Below are positions 19,159-28,649 of a DNA stretch of 64,000 nucleotides, piece after piece. The notes under the pieces were generated by a model. That model searched no databases. It saw only the letters and a program-made list of their open reading frames with translations, and had not been told where the DNA came from. Position numbers and translations under genes: made by a program. This DNA comes from Candidatus Dojkabacteria bacterium (GTDB taxonomy: Bacteria; Patescibacteriota; Dojkabacteria; SC72). Location: the NCBI GenBank assembly GCA_050950145.1, contig JBMNHB010000001.1, forward strand, positions 428,820 to 492,819, in the 5' to 3' direction. Each line of letters starts with the position of its first letter. Position 1 is the stretch's first letter.

Positions 19159-19839
19159 ATGAACTTACAACTAACTAGTCCGTATATTAAATGCCCATAT
19201 GGTTGCCCATATTGTGTATCAGCTTTCGATGGAGAAAATCCCTACAACGATGATTTCTACAATAATAATACAGAGCTGTATTTAGAAAGATTAAACAAAG
19301 CTATAACAAATCATAATATATCTACTGTTGTCATAACTGGAATGACAGAACCAACATTGTTTCCTAACTTTATAAACAATGTCTTAAAAGTACTATCTAA
19401 CCATCAAAATTGTCAAGTAGAAATACAAACCGCTAATCTGAATTTCAAAGGTCTTCCTGAAATAGATGTAGTAGCATACTCTATGAGTAAAATTCCAACA
19501 AAACTCCCAGTTGCCAATTTTGGAATTACAAGATATACAATTATTTTAACAGATCAATTGTCATATGCCGATATCATAGAATTAAGAAAAAGAGTTGGAG
19601 ATGACAAACAGATTACAGTTAAGTATTTACAAAAAACATCAAATCACCATCCAAAGGTTGATGTGTATATAGAACAACACAGGAAAACTTTTTCAACTAT
19701 AGAAGCTAAAACATTAAGAGAGAAATATAATGTATGGGTTGATGAATCATGCATGGATAGTACAAACAGATATCTGGTATACAGAACAAATGGTAATTTA
19801 TATTCTACATGGGATTTTAACTCTCAGATAGAGATATAA
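19159..19839 (+). CDS. Radical SAM protein 1 (short)
   Basis: CPYGCPYC (CxxxCxxC) and ITGMTEP. Confidence 0.8.
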   Translation: MNLQLTSPYIKCPYGCPYCVSAFDGENPYNDDFYNNNTELYLERLNKAITNHNISTVVITGMTEPTLFPNFINNVLKVLSNHQNCQVEIQTANLNFKGLPEIDVVAYSMSKIPTKLPVANFGITRYTIILTDQLSYADIIELRKRVGDDKQITVKYLQKTSNHHPKVDVYIEQHRKTFSTIEAKTLREKYNVWVDESCMDSTNRYLVYRTNGNLYSTWDFNSQIEI

Positions 19840-19907
19840 TCCATCATAAACACTCATTAGATTAAAGCACTTCATTTAGCTTCTGCTTTACAACCATTTC
19901 CATATGC

Positions 19908-19936
19908 TTGACAAGTTACCATAGTGGTGATATTAT
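19908..19936 (+). promoter_or_regulatory. Promoter for the radical SAM 2-4/kinase operon
   Basis: TTGACA (19908-19913), 17 nt, TATTAT (19931-19936) with an extended -10 TG. Confidence 0.65.
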
Positions 19937-19975
19937 CAAAATGTAAATAACACACATCTATATTAAAACAACACA

Positions 19976-20647
19976 ATGGAACTAATAAGAATATATATAA
20001 ATCTAACCAACAAGTGTAATGCGGATTGCGAATTTTGCTGCATGTGGTCCGAATCATCAAAAACCACTTTCATCTCATTTGATAAATTTAAAGAAATTAT
20101 AGACTCATATGATGATGACTTCGAACTTCAACTCGAAGGCGGAGAACCACTCCTACACAAAGACTTATATCTATTTATAGAATACGCTCAAAGTACAAAT
20201 AGATGTAAGAAAATAATCATAGTAACAAATGGCATATTACTTAAAAGACATATACATAGATTAGTTGAACTTCACAAATGGTACAAAACACCTGTTCTTA
20301 TAAAAATTAGTATCAACTATTGGTTATATAACATGAATAAGAATTGTATAGATGAGGCTAAAGATTTACACCTCTCTACTGAATTCATAAAAGACTTCAA
20401 CATTATTTTAAATGTAAGATTGAGAAAAAAAGATGATTGGTTAAAAAAATTAATAAAAGAAAAAGATTTAGAGAGGATATCAAATCTTTACTATCTACAA
20501 CGATATGGAAAATATGAAAACGAAAGTGAATATGATTTGCCTGTAATTGTCCAGAATGTTGATGATTGGTATATTTACTCCTGCGATGGTAAAAACTTTA
20601 AGCAAGATTTAATAGCAAGAAGTAATTATGAAAGGGGGTTAAAATAA
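19976..20647 (+). CDS. Radical SAM protein 2
   Basis: CNADCEFC, LEGGEPLLH and VTNG. Confidence 0.88.
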   Translation: MELIRIYINLTNKCNADCEFCCMWSESSKTTFISFDKFKEIIDSYDDDFELQLEGGEPLLHKDLYLFIEYAQSTNRCKKIIIVTNGILLKRHIHRLVELHKWYKTPVLIKISINYWLYNMNKNCIDEAKDLHLSTEFIKDFNIILNVRLRKKDDWLKKLIKEKDLERISNLYYLQRYGKYENESEYDLPVIVQNVDDWYIYSCDGKNFKQDLIARSNYERGLK

Positions 20648-21630
20648 TGAATACAATAAAATTTACACCAGCAAGTAATGAAAGAACTGAAACACACAAT
20701 ATAGAGGTTTATGACATCAAAGAGAAGATTTTTAATAAAAAGAAATACAGAGTATACGGGAATGCTTCCCTGACAATATATATAACTAACAAATGTAATG
20801 CTAATTGTCCTTTCTGTATGAATAAATACAAGGATAATTATCTCTACTCCAAAGAGATTAATAGCGATAAAGAATATATTGAAAGACTAGATTATGTATT
20901 AAACCAACTAAAAGATTTAAACCCAGCAATAGCTATAACTGGTGGAGAACCAACAAAAAGTTCAAAATTAGTACCAACCTTACAACTTATTAAAAGATAT
21001 GGATACAAATATAAAAGTTTCTCAACCAATGGTAGTGGCTTGCTAGATTTAGTTGACAACAAACCAATACTACAACATATGTTAGAAAACAATGTAGTTC
21101 AGAATATAAATATTAGTCGCATGCATTCAGATCAAAGAGTAAATTCAAAACTTATGATGACTCCATATGCGATCTCTAATGAAGATGTAAAAAGGATTGC
21201 AACATTCTGTAACATAAACGGGATGGGAGTTAGAATGGGATGTACTCTACAAAAGGGGGGAGTAACAAACTTAAAAGAAATACTAGATTATAGAGATTTC
21301 TATAAAAACCTCGGAGTTGAAACTACACTCTTTAGGGAGTTAGTCAACATTAAGAAATCTGCACCTAATTATGACAGTTATATGAACAAATTGGTTGACA
21401 TATCAGAAATAGTTAGAGAATTAAGAAAAAATCAAAAATTTAAACATATTAGAGATATGGAGGGACTCTATTACTCTGTACAAGTATTTTCTTATGAAGA
21501 TTCTATTGTCAAGTGTTATACAGAAAAAGATTATGATAATGACATTATAAGAGATTTCGTTTTCTATGCAGATGGACGTTTGATGGATACAGATTGGAAT
21601 AACAGGAGTAAGGTTTTATTAAATTATTAA
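20647..21630 (+). CDS. Radical SAM protein 3
   Basis: CNANCPFC, ITGGEPT, STNGS and NINISR; paralog of the next gene. Confidence 0.88.
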   Translation: MNTIKFTPASNERTETHNIEVYDIKEKIFNKKKYRVYGNASLTIYITNKCNANCPFCMNKYKDNYLYSKEINSDKEYIERLDYVLNQLKDLNPAIAITGGEPTKSSKLVPTLQLIKRYGYKYKSFSTNGSGLLDLVDNKPILQHMLENNVVQNINISRMHSDQRVNSKLMMTPYAISNEDVKRIATFCNINGMGVRMGCTLQKGGVTNLKEILDYRDFYKNLGVETTLFRELVNIKKSAPNYDSYMNKLVDISEIVRELRKNQKFKHIRDMEGLYYSVQVFSYEDSIVKCYTEKDYDNDIIRDFVFYADGRLMDTDWNNRSKVLLNY

Positions 21631-21640
21631 ATGTAAAAAC

Positions 21641-22666
21641 ATGTCAGAATTTGAAAAACTAAGATATACACGTCAAGCAAATTTTGACATAAATCAAAAG
21701 GAGCTTATAGATTTTGACTTTGATGGGTTAAAGAAAAAGGTCTACGGAAATTGTAATCTATCAATATTTGTTGATGATTTCTGTAATGCCGACTGTAAAT
21801 TCTGTGTAGCACAACTACGATATGAGAATGTGGCTAAAATCTATAAAAAAGAAACAATTAAGAATACTAATGAATACTACAAAAGGTTAGATAAAGTGCT
21901 AACAAAGTTAGAACCCCTTAATCTAAGTGTTTCATTAACTGGTGGAGAACCAACTGCATCACCTAAGTTACTAGGTATTCTAGAACTCTTAGAGAAACAT
22001 AATATGAGAAAAAGAACCATCACTACAAATGGAAGCTACCTATTACACAAGATAAATGGAGAAAGTATCCTTGATTTACTAATCAAATATAACTTTGATC
22101 ATTTGAATATTAGTAAAACACACTATGATGATAACATAAACAGGAAAATAATGAGATATAGAGAAGGGTATTGCTCTAATGAAGATTTAGCACGAATAAT
22201 ACTATATGCTTTGGAAAGAAAGTTAAGACCAAGACTAAGTTGTCTCTTGCTAAAAAGTGGGATCAGTACAATGCAAGATATAGAGAACTACATTCAATTC
22301 TATGAAAAACTTGGAATTGATAATGTCATCTTCAGAGAACTTATGGATTATGATGAAAAATCTATGTCGAATATCGAAAAAATGAAATATTGCAAAGAAA
22401 ACAAAGTAGTACTGAATAACATCTGGAAAGAAATTGATAAAAACCCCAAATTTGTACCTATCAAAAATATTTTAGGGTATTATTACTATGTAGAGATATA
22501 CCAATATAACAATGTAGTTGTATGCTCTGAATCTGCAGACCTAAAAAAGCTATATGCAGAGAAAGCTAAACATAAAGATAAAGTCTATGAAATGGTTTTC
22601 CACCCAAATGGAAATCTTAATGGTAGCTGGGTAGATAATGAAGATATTTTAATGAAATATGAATAA
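21641..22666 (+). CDS. Radical SAM protein 4
   Basis: CNADCKFC, LTGGEPT, TTNGS and HLNISK; shares VYGN, FREL and YYxV motifs with protein 3. Confidence 0.88.
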   Translation: MSEFEKLRYTRQANFDINQKELIDFDFDGLKKKVYGNCNLSIFVDDFCNADCKFCVAQLRYENVAKIYKKETIKNTNEYYKRLDKVLTKLEPLNLSVSLTGGEPTASPKLLGILELLEKHNMRKRTITTNGSYLLHKINGESILDLLIKYNFDHLNISKTHYDDNINRKIMRYREGYCSNEDLARIILYALERKLRPRLSCLLLKSGISTMQDIENYIQFYEKLGIDNVIFRELMDYDEKSMSNIEKMKYCKENKVVLNNIWKEIDKNPKFVPIKNILGYYYYVEIYQYNNVVVCSESADLKKLYAEKAKHKDKVYEMVFHPNGNLNGSWVDNEDILMKYE

Positions 22667-23231
22667 AGAGAAAAAGAAAAAACATATTGTAATTGGAGGA
22701 GCTAGTAGATCAGGAAAAACTACCTTAGCTTCTATGATACGAAAAAAGAAACCCTACTACAATTACATTCCTATGGATAGTATAAAAAGAGGGATATTTA
22801 ATAATTTTGTCAAAAGTAATGGGAAAAGATGGCCTCAGGCAAGCCCTAAATTGGTAAAACTTATGAACACCATCATGGAATCAAACAACTCTAATATCAA
22901 CAAGCATTTTTACATATTTGATATCCCAATATTGTATCCTCGAGATGTTGTAAATCTAAACAATAAAGACGCTATAGTAATATTCTTTGGTTATCCCAAT
23001 ATAACCACAAAAAAGAAGATAAGATTAATTCAAAAACATGACTCTAAATGTTCTTGGTCCTATGGATTAAGTAAAGATAAGCTAAAAAAAATTGTAGTTT
23101 CAAACATTAAATTTAGCAAAGTTTTAGAAAAAGAGTGTAAAGATTTAAATATAGAATTTTTTGACACATCAAAAAACAGAGAAGTTATTTTAAAAAAGGC
23201 ATTAAAATATCTAGAGGCACAAACCCTATAG
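22659..23231 (+). CDS. P-loop (nucleotide-kinase-like) protein
   Basis: Walker A GGASRSGKTT near the N-terminus; small kinase size. Confidence 0.75.
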   Translation: MNKEKKKKHIVIGGASRSGKTTLASMIRKKKPYYNYIPMDSIKRGIFNNFVKSNGKRWPQASPKLVKLMNTIMESNNSNINKHFYIFDIPILYPRDVVNLNNKDAIVIFFGYPNITTKKKIRLIQKHDSKCSWSYGLSKDKLKKIVVSNIKFSKVLEKECKDLNIEFFDTSKNREVILKKALKYLEAQTL

Positions 23232-23248
23232 TACATATAGTGAGTTTC

Positions 23249-23354
23249 TGATATAATGCATGTGTAAATATATCACTTAGTGAATTTACACATCGTTCCT
23301 TATTGTTCTTTAAAAATCAAAAAAATTTATAGAAATAGTCAAGTAGTAAAGGAG
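23249..23354 (+). promoter_or_regulatory. pncB leader: extended -10, hairpin, pairing arm, boxA-like motif, SD
   Basis: TGATATAAT 23249-23257; hairpin 23260-23293; CGTTCCTTATTGTT 23294-23307; TGTTCTTTAAAAA 23304-23316; AAGGAG 23349-23354. Confidence 0.75.
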
Positions 23355-23361
23355 AAAAACA

Positions 23362-24807
23362 ATGAATAAAGTTATAGACTTTTATGAGCTAACAATGGCT
23401 CAGGTTGATTACTTTCACGGCTTCAAAAACCTATGGCAATGCTTTGATGTCTATTTCAGAAATGATAGACGAGAAGAAGCAGAACAGAAGGGGTACTCTA
23501 TAAGTGCAGGTTTAAATGAAATCATCGATTACATTCAGAACCTGTCATTCTCTAAGGAAGAAATAGACTACCTGAGCAAGAATAGTGACTTGAAAAAAGA
23601 GTTCTTAGAATATTTAAGAACATTCAAGTTTACTGGAGATGTGTATGCCATTCCAGATGGTACACCCATTTTCCCGAACGAGCCTGTAATAACAGTATGG
23701 GCTCCAGCAATTGAAGCGAAAATCATTGAGACAGACATATTGAATCGCTTCAATCATGGGTCAATGATTGCTACCAAGGCAAAAAGAATTGTCCATGCCG
23801 CAGCAGGAAGATCAGTAATGGAGTTCGGAGCTCGAAGAGCACAAGGACTAACAGCAGCTATAAACGGCGCGAAATATGCTTACATGGCAGGGTGCGCTGG
23901 CACATCGTGCTATGGAACAGGGCTAGAATACAATGTTCCACTACTTGGAACTATGGCACATAGTCTCGTAACCCAATTTGATACTGAATATGAAGCTTTC
24001 ATTGCATATGCAAGAGAGTTTCCACACAATACTGTGCTACTCGTGGATACATACGACACACTAAGAAGTGGAGTACCTAATGCTATAAGAGTAGCAAAGG
24101 AATATCTTGAACCTCTAGGTCAAAGATTGAAGGGTATTCGTTTGGATAGTGGGGACTTAGCCTACCTTGCCAAGCAAGCAAGAAAAATGCTTGATGAGGC
24201 AGGATTACAAGACTGCAAAATTGTAGCATCCAATTCCTTGGATGAGTACACTATCCAAAGTCTGCTTGCACAGGGAGCGCCCATCGATTCCTTTGGAGTT
24301 GGTGAAAACCTCATCACTTCAAAAAGGACCCCTGTTTTTGGAGGTGTCTACAAGCTTGCTGCAATAAAGAAGGGTCGTTCAATCATTCCTACAATCAAAG
24401 TGAGCGAAGACAATACAAAGACTACCACACCAGGGTTTAAGAAGGTATATCGTTTCTACGATGAGGATACTGGCTTTGCTCTTGGCGACTTAGTTGCCTT
24501 AGCAGATGAGGTAATTCCTACCGACCAGTATAGGTTAGTAGACCATAACCATCCTTGGAAATACAAAGATCTGTCGAATTATGTATTGAAAGAACTTCAA
24601 GTTCCAATTTTCCAAAAGGGAAAGTTGGTTTACAATGTCCCATCACTCGAAGAGAGCCAGGATTATTGTTCAAGAGAATTTCAAACTCTCTATCCAGAAG
24701 TCATACGTTTAGACAATCCGCATGGCTACTACGTTGACCTTTCTGTCAAACTGGCAGATATGAGGAATCGAATGATCTTTGAACAAAGAGGCGTTCAATA
24801 CTGCTAA
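23362..24807 (+). CDS. pncB: Nicotinate phosphoribosyltransferase
   Basis: DFYELTM, EFGARRA, GTMAHS, LVDTYD, GIRLDSGD and FGVGE..GGVYKL. Confidence 0.95.
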   Translation: MNKVIDFYELTMAQVDYFHGFKNLWQCFDVYFRNDRREEAEQKGYSISAGLNEIIDYIQNLSFSKEEIDYLSKNSDLKKEFLEYLRTFKFTGDVYAIPDGTPIFPNEPVITVWAPAIEAKIIETDILNRFNHGSMIATKAKRIVHAAAGRSVMEFGARRAQGLTAAINGAKYAYMAGCAGTSCYGTGLEYNVPLLGTMAHSLVTQFDTEYEAFIAYAREFPHNTVLLVDTYDTLRSGVPNAIRVAKEYLEPLGQRLKGIRLDSGDLAYLAKQARKMLDEAGLQDCKIVASNSLDEYTIQSLLAQGAPIDSFGVGENLITSKRTPVFGGVYKLAAIKKGRSIIPTIKVSEDNTKTTTPGFKKVYRFYDEDTGFALGDLVALADEVIPTDQYRLVDHNHPWKYKDLSNYVLKELQVPIFQKGKLVYNVPSLEESQDYCSREFQTLYPEVIRLDNPHGYYVDLSVKLADMRNRMIFEQRGVQYC

Positions 24808-24821
24808 ACAATAAGGAACGG

Positions 24822-24901
24822 AAAAGCACCACAAGAGGTAAGATATATGTACAACAATGTACACTCTAATATCTTAAACCAACCTCAAGTGGTGCTTTTT
24901 T
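24822..24901 (+). terminator. Long hairpin/terminator after pncB
   Basis: AAAAGCACCAC...GTGGTGCTTTT stem enclosing GAGG/CCTC, TAAGATAT/ATATCTTA and TGTACA/TGTACA pairings, followed by a T-run. Confidence 0.75.
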
Positions 24902-24921
24902 CATAAATAAAGGTATGCCCC

Positions 24922-24977
24922 TTGACAAACAACCCTGTTCTTACTATAATGTTAATATCAATATAAATTAATATTAA
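24922..24977 (+). promoter_or_regulatory. Consensus promoter of pncA-nadE-nadD-nrtR with a palindrome over the TSS (candidate NrtR operator)
   Basis: TTGACA 24922-24927, 17 nt, TATAAT 24945-24950; TTAATATCAAT-ataa-ATTAATATTAA at 24952-24977. Confidence 0.7.
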
Positions 24978-24983
24978 TATATA

Positions 24984-25604
24984 ATGAAAAACAAAGAAAC
25001 AAAACTGCTCATTGTTGTGGATATGGTTAATGGTTTTGTAAAAGAAGGTGCACTTGCAGATCCCAAGATTGCAAAAATAGTACCTGAAATTACAAGACTC
25101 ATTGAACAAACAATAGATGAAGGCAATCGTGTTGTATTTGTTAAAGACACACACCATGAAAACAGTAAGGAGTTTGAGTCTTTTCCTCCACACTGTATCA
25201 AAGGTACTTCAGAAGCAGAACTTATCGATGAATTTAAACTATATGAAGAGTTAGACTTAGCAACCTCATATGAAAAGAACTCAACAAGTACTATGTTTGC
25301 AAAAGGATTCCTTAAAGATTTAGAAGAGATGGAGGAGCTAAATGAAGTTGTAATCACTGGCTGCTGCACAGATATCTGTATTACAAATCTAGCAATTCCT
25401 CTTAAGAACTACCTTAATGAAAACGACAAGGATGTAAGAGTCATTGTTCCAGAAAATGCTGTAGATACATATGATAGTGAGTGGCATAACAGAGATGAGT
25501 GGAATCTAATGGGATTAGCAATGATGAAACAGGCTGGAGTAGAAGTGCTCAAGGAATACAAAGCAGAGACAGATATTCATCACGAATGGAAAACTATTAG
25601 CTAA
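24984..25604 (+). CDS. pncA: Nicotinamidase / cysteine hydrolase (isochorismatase family)
   Basis: VVDMVNGF, DTH, FPPHC and GCCTDIC; NAD-salvage context. Confidence 0.85.
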   Translation: MKNKETKLLIVVDMVNGFVKEGALADPKIAKIVPEITRLIEQTIDEGNRVVFVKDTHHENSKEFESFPPHCIKGTSEAELIDEFKLYEELDLATSYEKNSTSTMFAKGFLKDLEEMEELNEVVITGCCTDICITNLAIPLKNYLNENDKDVRVIVPENAVDTYDSEWHNRDEWNLMGLAMMKQAGVEVLKEYKAETDIHHEWKTIS

Positions 25605-25625
25605 TTAAGCTTATAACCGAAAACA

Positions 25626-26384
25626 ATGAAGGATTTTAATGCAGAGAAAGAAACTAAAAACATAGTAGGATTCATAAAAGAACATTACAAAAAGAATAAT
25701 CTTGGTGGAGTTGTCATTGGAGTTAGTGGAGGAAAAGATAGTGGAATAGTACTAGGACTTCTTGTTAAAGCACTTGGAAAGGAAAATGTTGTTGCTGTAT
25801 GGATGCCTTGTCACTCTAAAGATCAAGATATGAAAGATGCTCAAGAAGTTACTGACTACTATGGTGTAGATTTACTCTCCTTTGACCTTACAAAAACATA
25901 TGATGTCTTTAAAAAGGAAGTAGAGAAGGTAATAGGGGAAGATGAAAAATATATGCTTAATGCAGATATCAATGTAAAACCACGAATGAGAATGACTACC
26001 CTTTACTACATTGCTGCATATATGACTGCTAAAACTGGAAAACAATATATTGTTGCAGGAACATCAAACAAGTGTGAGATATTCATCGGTTATTTTACCA
26101 AATGGGGTGATGGTGCAAGTGATATAGCAACAATTGCAGACTACACAGTAGAGGAAGTAATAAGGATTGGAGAGTATCTAAAAGTACCAAAGTCTTGTCT
26201 TTACAAAACTCCAGATGATGGACTCTCAGGATTAACAGATGAAGAAAAATTGGGAGTGAACTATAACGAGGTTATGAAGTATATGAAAGACCCTCAAAAA
26301 GTATCAAAAGAAGCTAGGGAGAAAATTAAAAAAATGCATGAGAGTTCTCAACATAAATTTAGCATACCAACATATAGAAGATAA
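25626..26384 (+). CDS. nadE: NH3-dependent NAD+ synthetase
   Basis: GVSGGKDS, NVKPRMRM, GTSNKCE, GYFTKWGDG and TDEEKLG. Confidence 0.95.
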   Translation: MKDFNAEKETKNIVGFIKEHYKKNNLGGVVIGVSGGKDSGIVLGLLVKALGKENVVAVWMPCHSKDQDMKDAQEVTDYYGVDLLSFDLTKTYDVFKKEVEKVIGEDEKYMLNADINVKPRMRMTTLYYIAAYMTAKTGKQYIVAGTSNKCEIFIGYFTKWGDGASDIATIADYTVEEVIRIGEYLKVPKSCLYKTPDDGLSGLTDEEKLGVNYNEVMKYMKDPQKVSKEAREKIKKMHESSQHKFSIPTYRR

Positions 26385-27010
26385 TGAGAATTGGAATATT
26401 TGGAGGGTCGTTTAATCCTCCACACAAAGGACATTATAAAATTGCTACAAATCTCATTAAAAATGGATATGTAGATAGAGTGATTTTTGTACCAACAGGT
26501 AAAGAATATCCAAAAGATGATTTAGTTGAAGACAAGCACAGGTTAAAAATGTTGAAGATTATGACAAGTCAAGATTCTAAGTTGGATGTCTCAGATTTTG
26601 AACAGAAAGCAGAGAGAGTATATACATATCAAACATTAGATTTCTTTCAAAAAAAGTATCCCAAAAACAATATATATTTCATATGTGGAAGTGATAATTT
26701 AGAATATTTTACCACATGGAAAAACTGGGAATATATACTTACTAATTACAAACTTTTAGTGCATATAAGAAGAATATTCTCATACCCTCAAGACTTAGAA
26801 AAATATAAAAAGAATGTAATATTTTTACAAAGAAGATATAATGTGTCCTCTACAGTTATTAGAGAGCTATTAAGAGATAAAAAGGATAGAAAATGCCTAA
26901 CAAGATTTTTAGATCCAAATGTATTAAAATATATTGAAAGGAAACATTTATATGAAAGAAACAAAGTATCATTCGGAAGAAGAGTTCTTACAACATTACA
27001 ATCCCAATGA
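26384..27010 (+). CDS. nadD: Nicotinate-nucleotide adenylyltransferase
   Basis: GGSFNPPHKGH, ICGSDN and VSSTVIR. Confidence 0.93.
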   Translation: MRIGIFGGSFNPPHKGHYKIATNLIKNGYVDRVIFVPTGKEYPKDDLVEDKHRLKMLKIMTSQDSKLDVSDFEQKAERVYTYQTLDFFQKKYPKNNIYFICGSDNLEYFTTWKNWEYILTNYKLLVHIRRIFSYPQDLEKYKKNVIFLQRRYNVSSTVIRELLRDKKDRKCLTRFLDPNVLKYIERKHLYERNKVSFGRRVLTTLQSQ

Positions 27011-27791
27011 CTACGAAAGATTATCTGCGACAGTAGACATTTTAATTTTTAGTGTCTCGGATACTTTTACTGATAATTATAGAAAAACAAATAAGAAAAA
27101 CTTTAGTATTTTGCTCGTAAAGAGAAAGACTTATCCATTCAAAGACAAGTGGTGTTTACCAGGAGGGTTTGTTGATGTAAAAGAAACAATTGATGATGCT
27201 GCCAAGAAAGTACTCGCCAATGAAACAAATCTTCATAACATCTATATAGAACAACTATATACAATGGGTGAAGTTGATAGGGATCCAAGAATGAGAGTAA
27301 TTAGTATTTCGTATATGGCTTTAATAGATAAAAATCTTTTAGAAGATAAACTTCCCAAAAATGCAGATTGGTTTGATATTTCATTAAACGAAAATGAAGA
27401 ACAGATAGATGTTGAGTTAAAAGGAAAGAATGAGAAAATTAATTTTTCAGTGAAAAAAGAGTTAATAGAAAAAACTACAATGAAGTACCGATACAATGTT
27501 GTACAAAACGATAAGATTGCATTTGATCATCCAGTAGTAATTGCAATAGGAGTTGAAAGATTAAAGAATAAAATAGAATATACAGATATTGTATTTAATA
27601 TGATGCCAAAACTATTTACTTTAGGAGAATTACAAAAAGTATATGAGGTTATTCTAGATAAGAAACTATTAGCTCCAGCATTCAGAAGGATTATTAAGAA
27701 TAAAGTAGTTAAGACCAATAATATGAAAACAGGTGCAGGACATAGACCATCAGTACTATACAGGCACAAAAATATAAGAACTAGATATTAG
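26952..27791 (+). CDS. nrtR: NrtR-type Nudix + winged-helix regulator
   Basis: WCLPGGFV, EQLYT..RDPR.RVIS, AFDH, FTLGELQKVYE and GHRPSVLY. The Nudix box lacks the canonical RELxEE (it reads KVLANET). Confidence 0.88.
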   Translation: MKETKYHSEEEFLQHYNPNDYERLSATVDILIFSVSDTFTDNYRKTNKKNFSILLVKRKTYPFKDKWCLPGGFVDVKETIDDAAKKVLANETNLHNIYIEQLYTMGEVDRDPRMRVISISYMALIDKNLLEDKLPKNADWFDISLNENEEQIDVELKGKNEKINFSVKKELIEKTTMKYRYNVVQNDKIAFDHPVVIAIGVERLKNKIEYTDIVFNMMPKLFTLGELQKVYEVILDKKLLAPAFRRIIKNKVVKTNNMKTGAGHRPSVLYRHKNIRTRY

Positions 27792-27796
27792 TCTTA

Positions 27797-28030
27797 TCAC
27801 TCCGCATCATTAAACTTATCAGGATTATTATTCCCACACTTAGGACATACCTTTAGTGTTACAGCTCCCTCATAAAGATAACCACACATCATGCACTTCC
27901 ATCTTAACCACATACTATCCAAATCTTCTCTCTCTGGATTAGGATTAAGCTTGTCATATTCCACAGGGGTCAAATTTGGTTGACTTGGCTGTAGTGGATT
28001 ACTTTGATCATTATTTAATATATCCTCCAT
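27797..28030 (-). CDS. Rubredoxin-like zinc/iron-ribbon protein
   Basis: WKCMMCGYLYEG...CPKCG. Confidence 0.8.
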   Translation of the reverse strand: MEDILNNDQSNPLQPSQPNLTPVEYDKLNPNPEREDLDSMWLRWKCMMCGYLYEGAVTLKVCPKCGNNNPDKFNDAE

Positions 28031-28613
28031 CTTTTATCCTTTCTAAAATTAAATCAAAAGTCTCTTTTGCATTTAATTCAGAACTATCTAATACAATATC
28101 ATTATACAATTCCTGCTTACCATACTCCACATCATACAATTCCTTATACCTCCGTCCATCCTTTACCCTTCTCCTTGTTAAATTAAAAGAATTTACAATG
28201 TAAAACCATATCTTTCTCAAACCTCTAAGATTCTCCTGTTTACCTGCTAATCTTTTTACTCTTACATGAAGAGAAGAATCTAACCAAATCTTTACAGTAC
28301 AAGGTATATTTTCTTTAGAAGACAATGCTCCAAAAACCTTACTTTCAATCAAAACATTTCCCTTTTTCGCTCTTTCAATTAAAAATTCATCAACTTTTCT
28401 ATCTAGTTCAAAAAACTTCTCCTTTTTCTCCTTACTGTAAAAATCATCAAGACTGTCATAGCCCAAATCTTTTACAAACTCTCTGAATATTCCTCCAGCA
28501 TACACTCGCTCAAGATTAAAATGTTCAGCTAACATTTTTGCAATAGTGGAAGACCCACTACTTCCGGGCCCTCCAACAACTATAACTAAACTATTTTCTT
28601 TTTTATTATTCAT
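28011..28613 (-). CDS. Cytidylate kinase (archaeal-type Cmk-like)
   Basis: GGPGSSGSST P-loop, AGGIFRE, DRKVD and RYKELY. Start moved to ATG 28613. Confidence 0.8.
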   Translation of the reverse strand: MNNKKENSLVIVVGGPGSSGSSTIAKMLAEHFNLERVYAGGIFREFVKDLGYDSLDDFYSKEKKEKFFELDRKVDEFLIERAKKGNVLIESKVFGALSSKENIPCTVKIWLDSSLHVRVKRLAGKQENLRGLRKIWFYIVNSFNLTRRRVKDGRRYKELYDVEYGKQELYNDIVLDSSELNAKETFDLILERIKDGGYIK

Positions 28614-28649
28614 ATTTATTACTATATATAGTATATTAATAGCAGGCAT

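Noticed and set aside
19121-19870. Radical SAM 1 as a fourth boxA cassette (GCATCTAAAAA after a -10 box)
   Set aside because: The boxA match is poor, there is no SD, and only about 6 bp of UTR complementarity exists.
19976-22666. Calling the radical SAM genes viperins or RiPP maturases
   Set aside because: Only generic CxxxCxxC and GGEP motifs are visible; there is no viperin-specific signature, SPASM domain or precursor peptide.
19060-27800. Integrative element with att repeats at tRNA-Leu
   Set aside because: No integrase and no duplicated tRNA 3' end were found at the far side.
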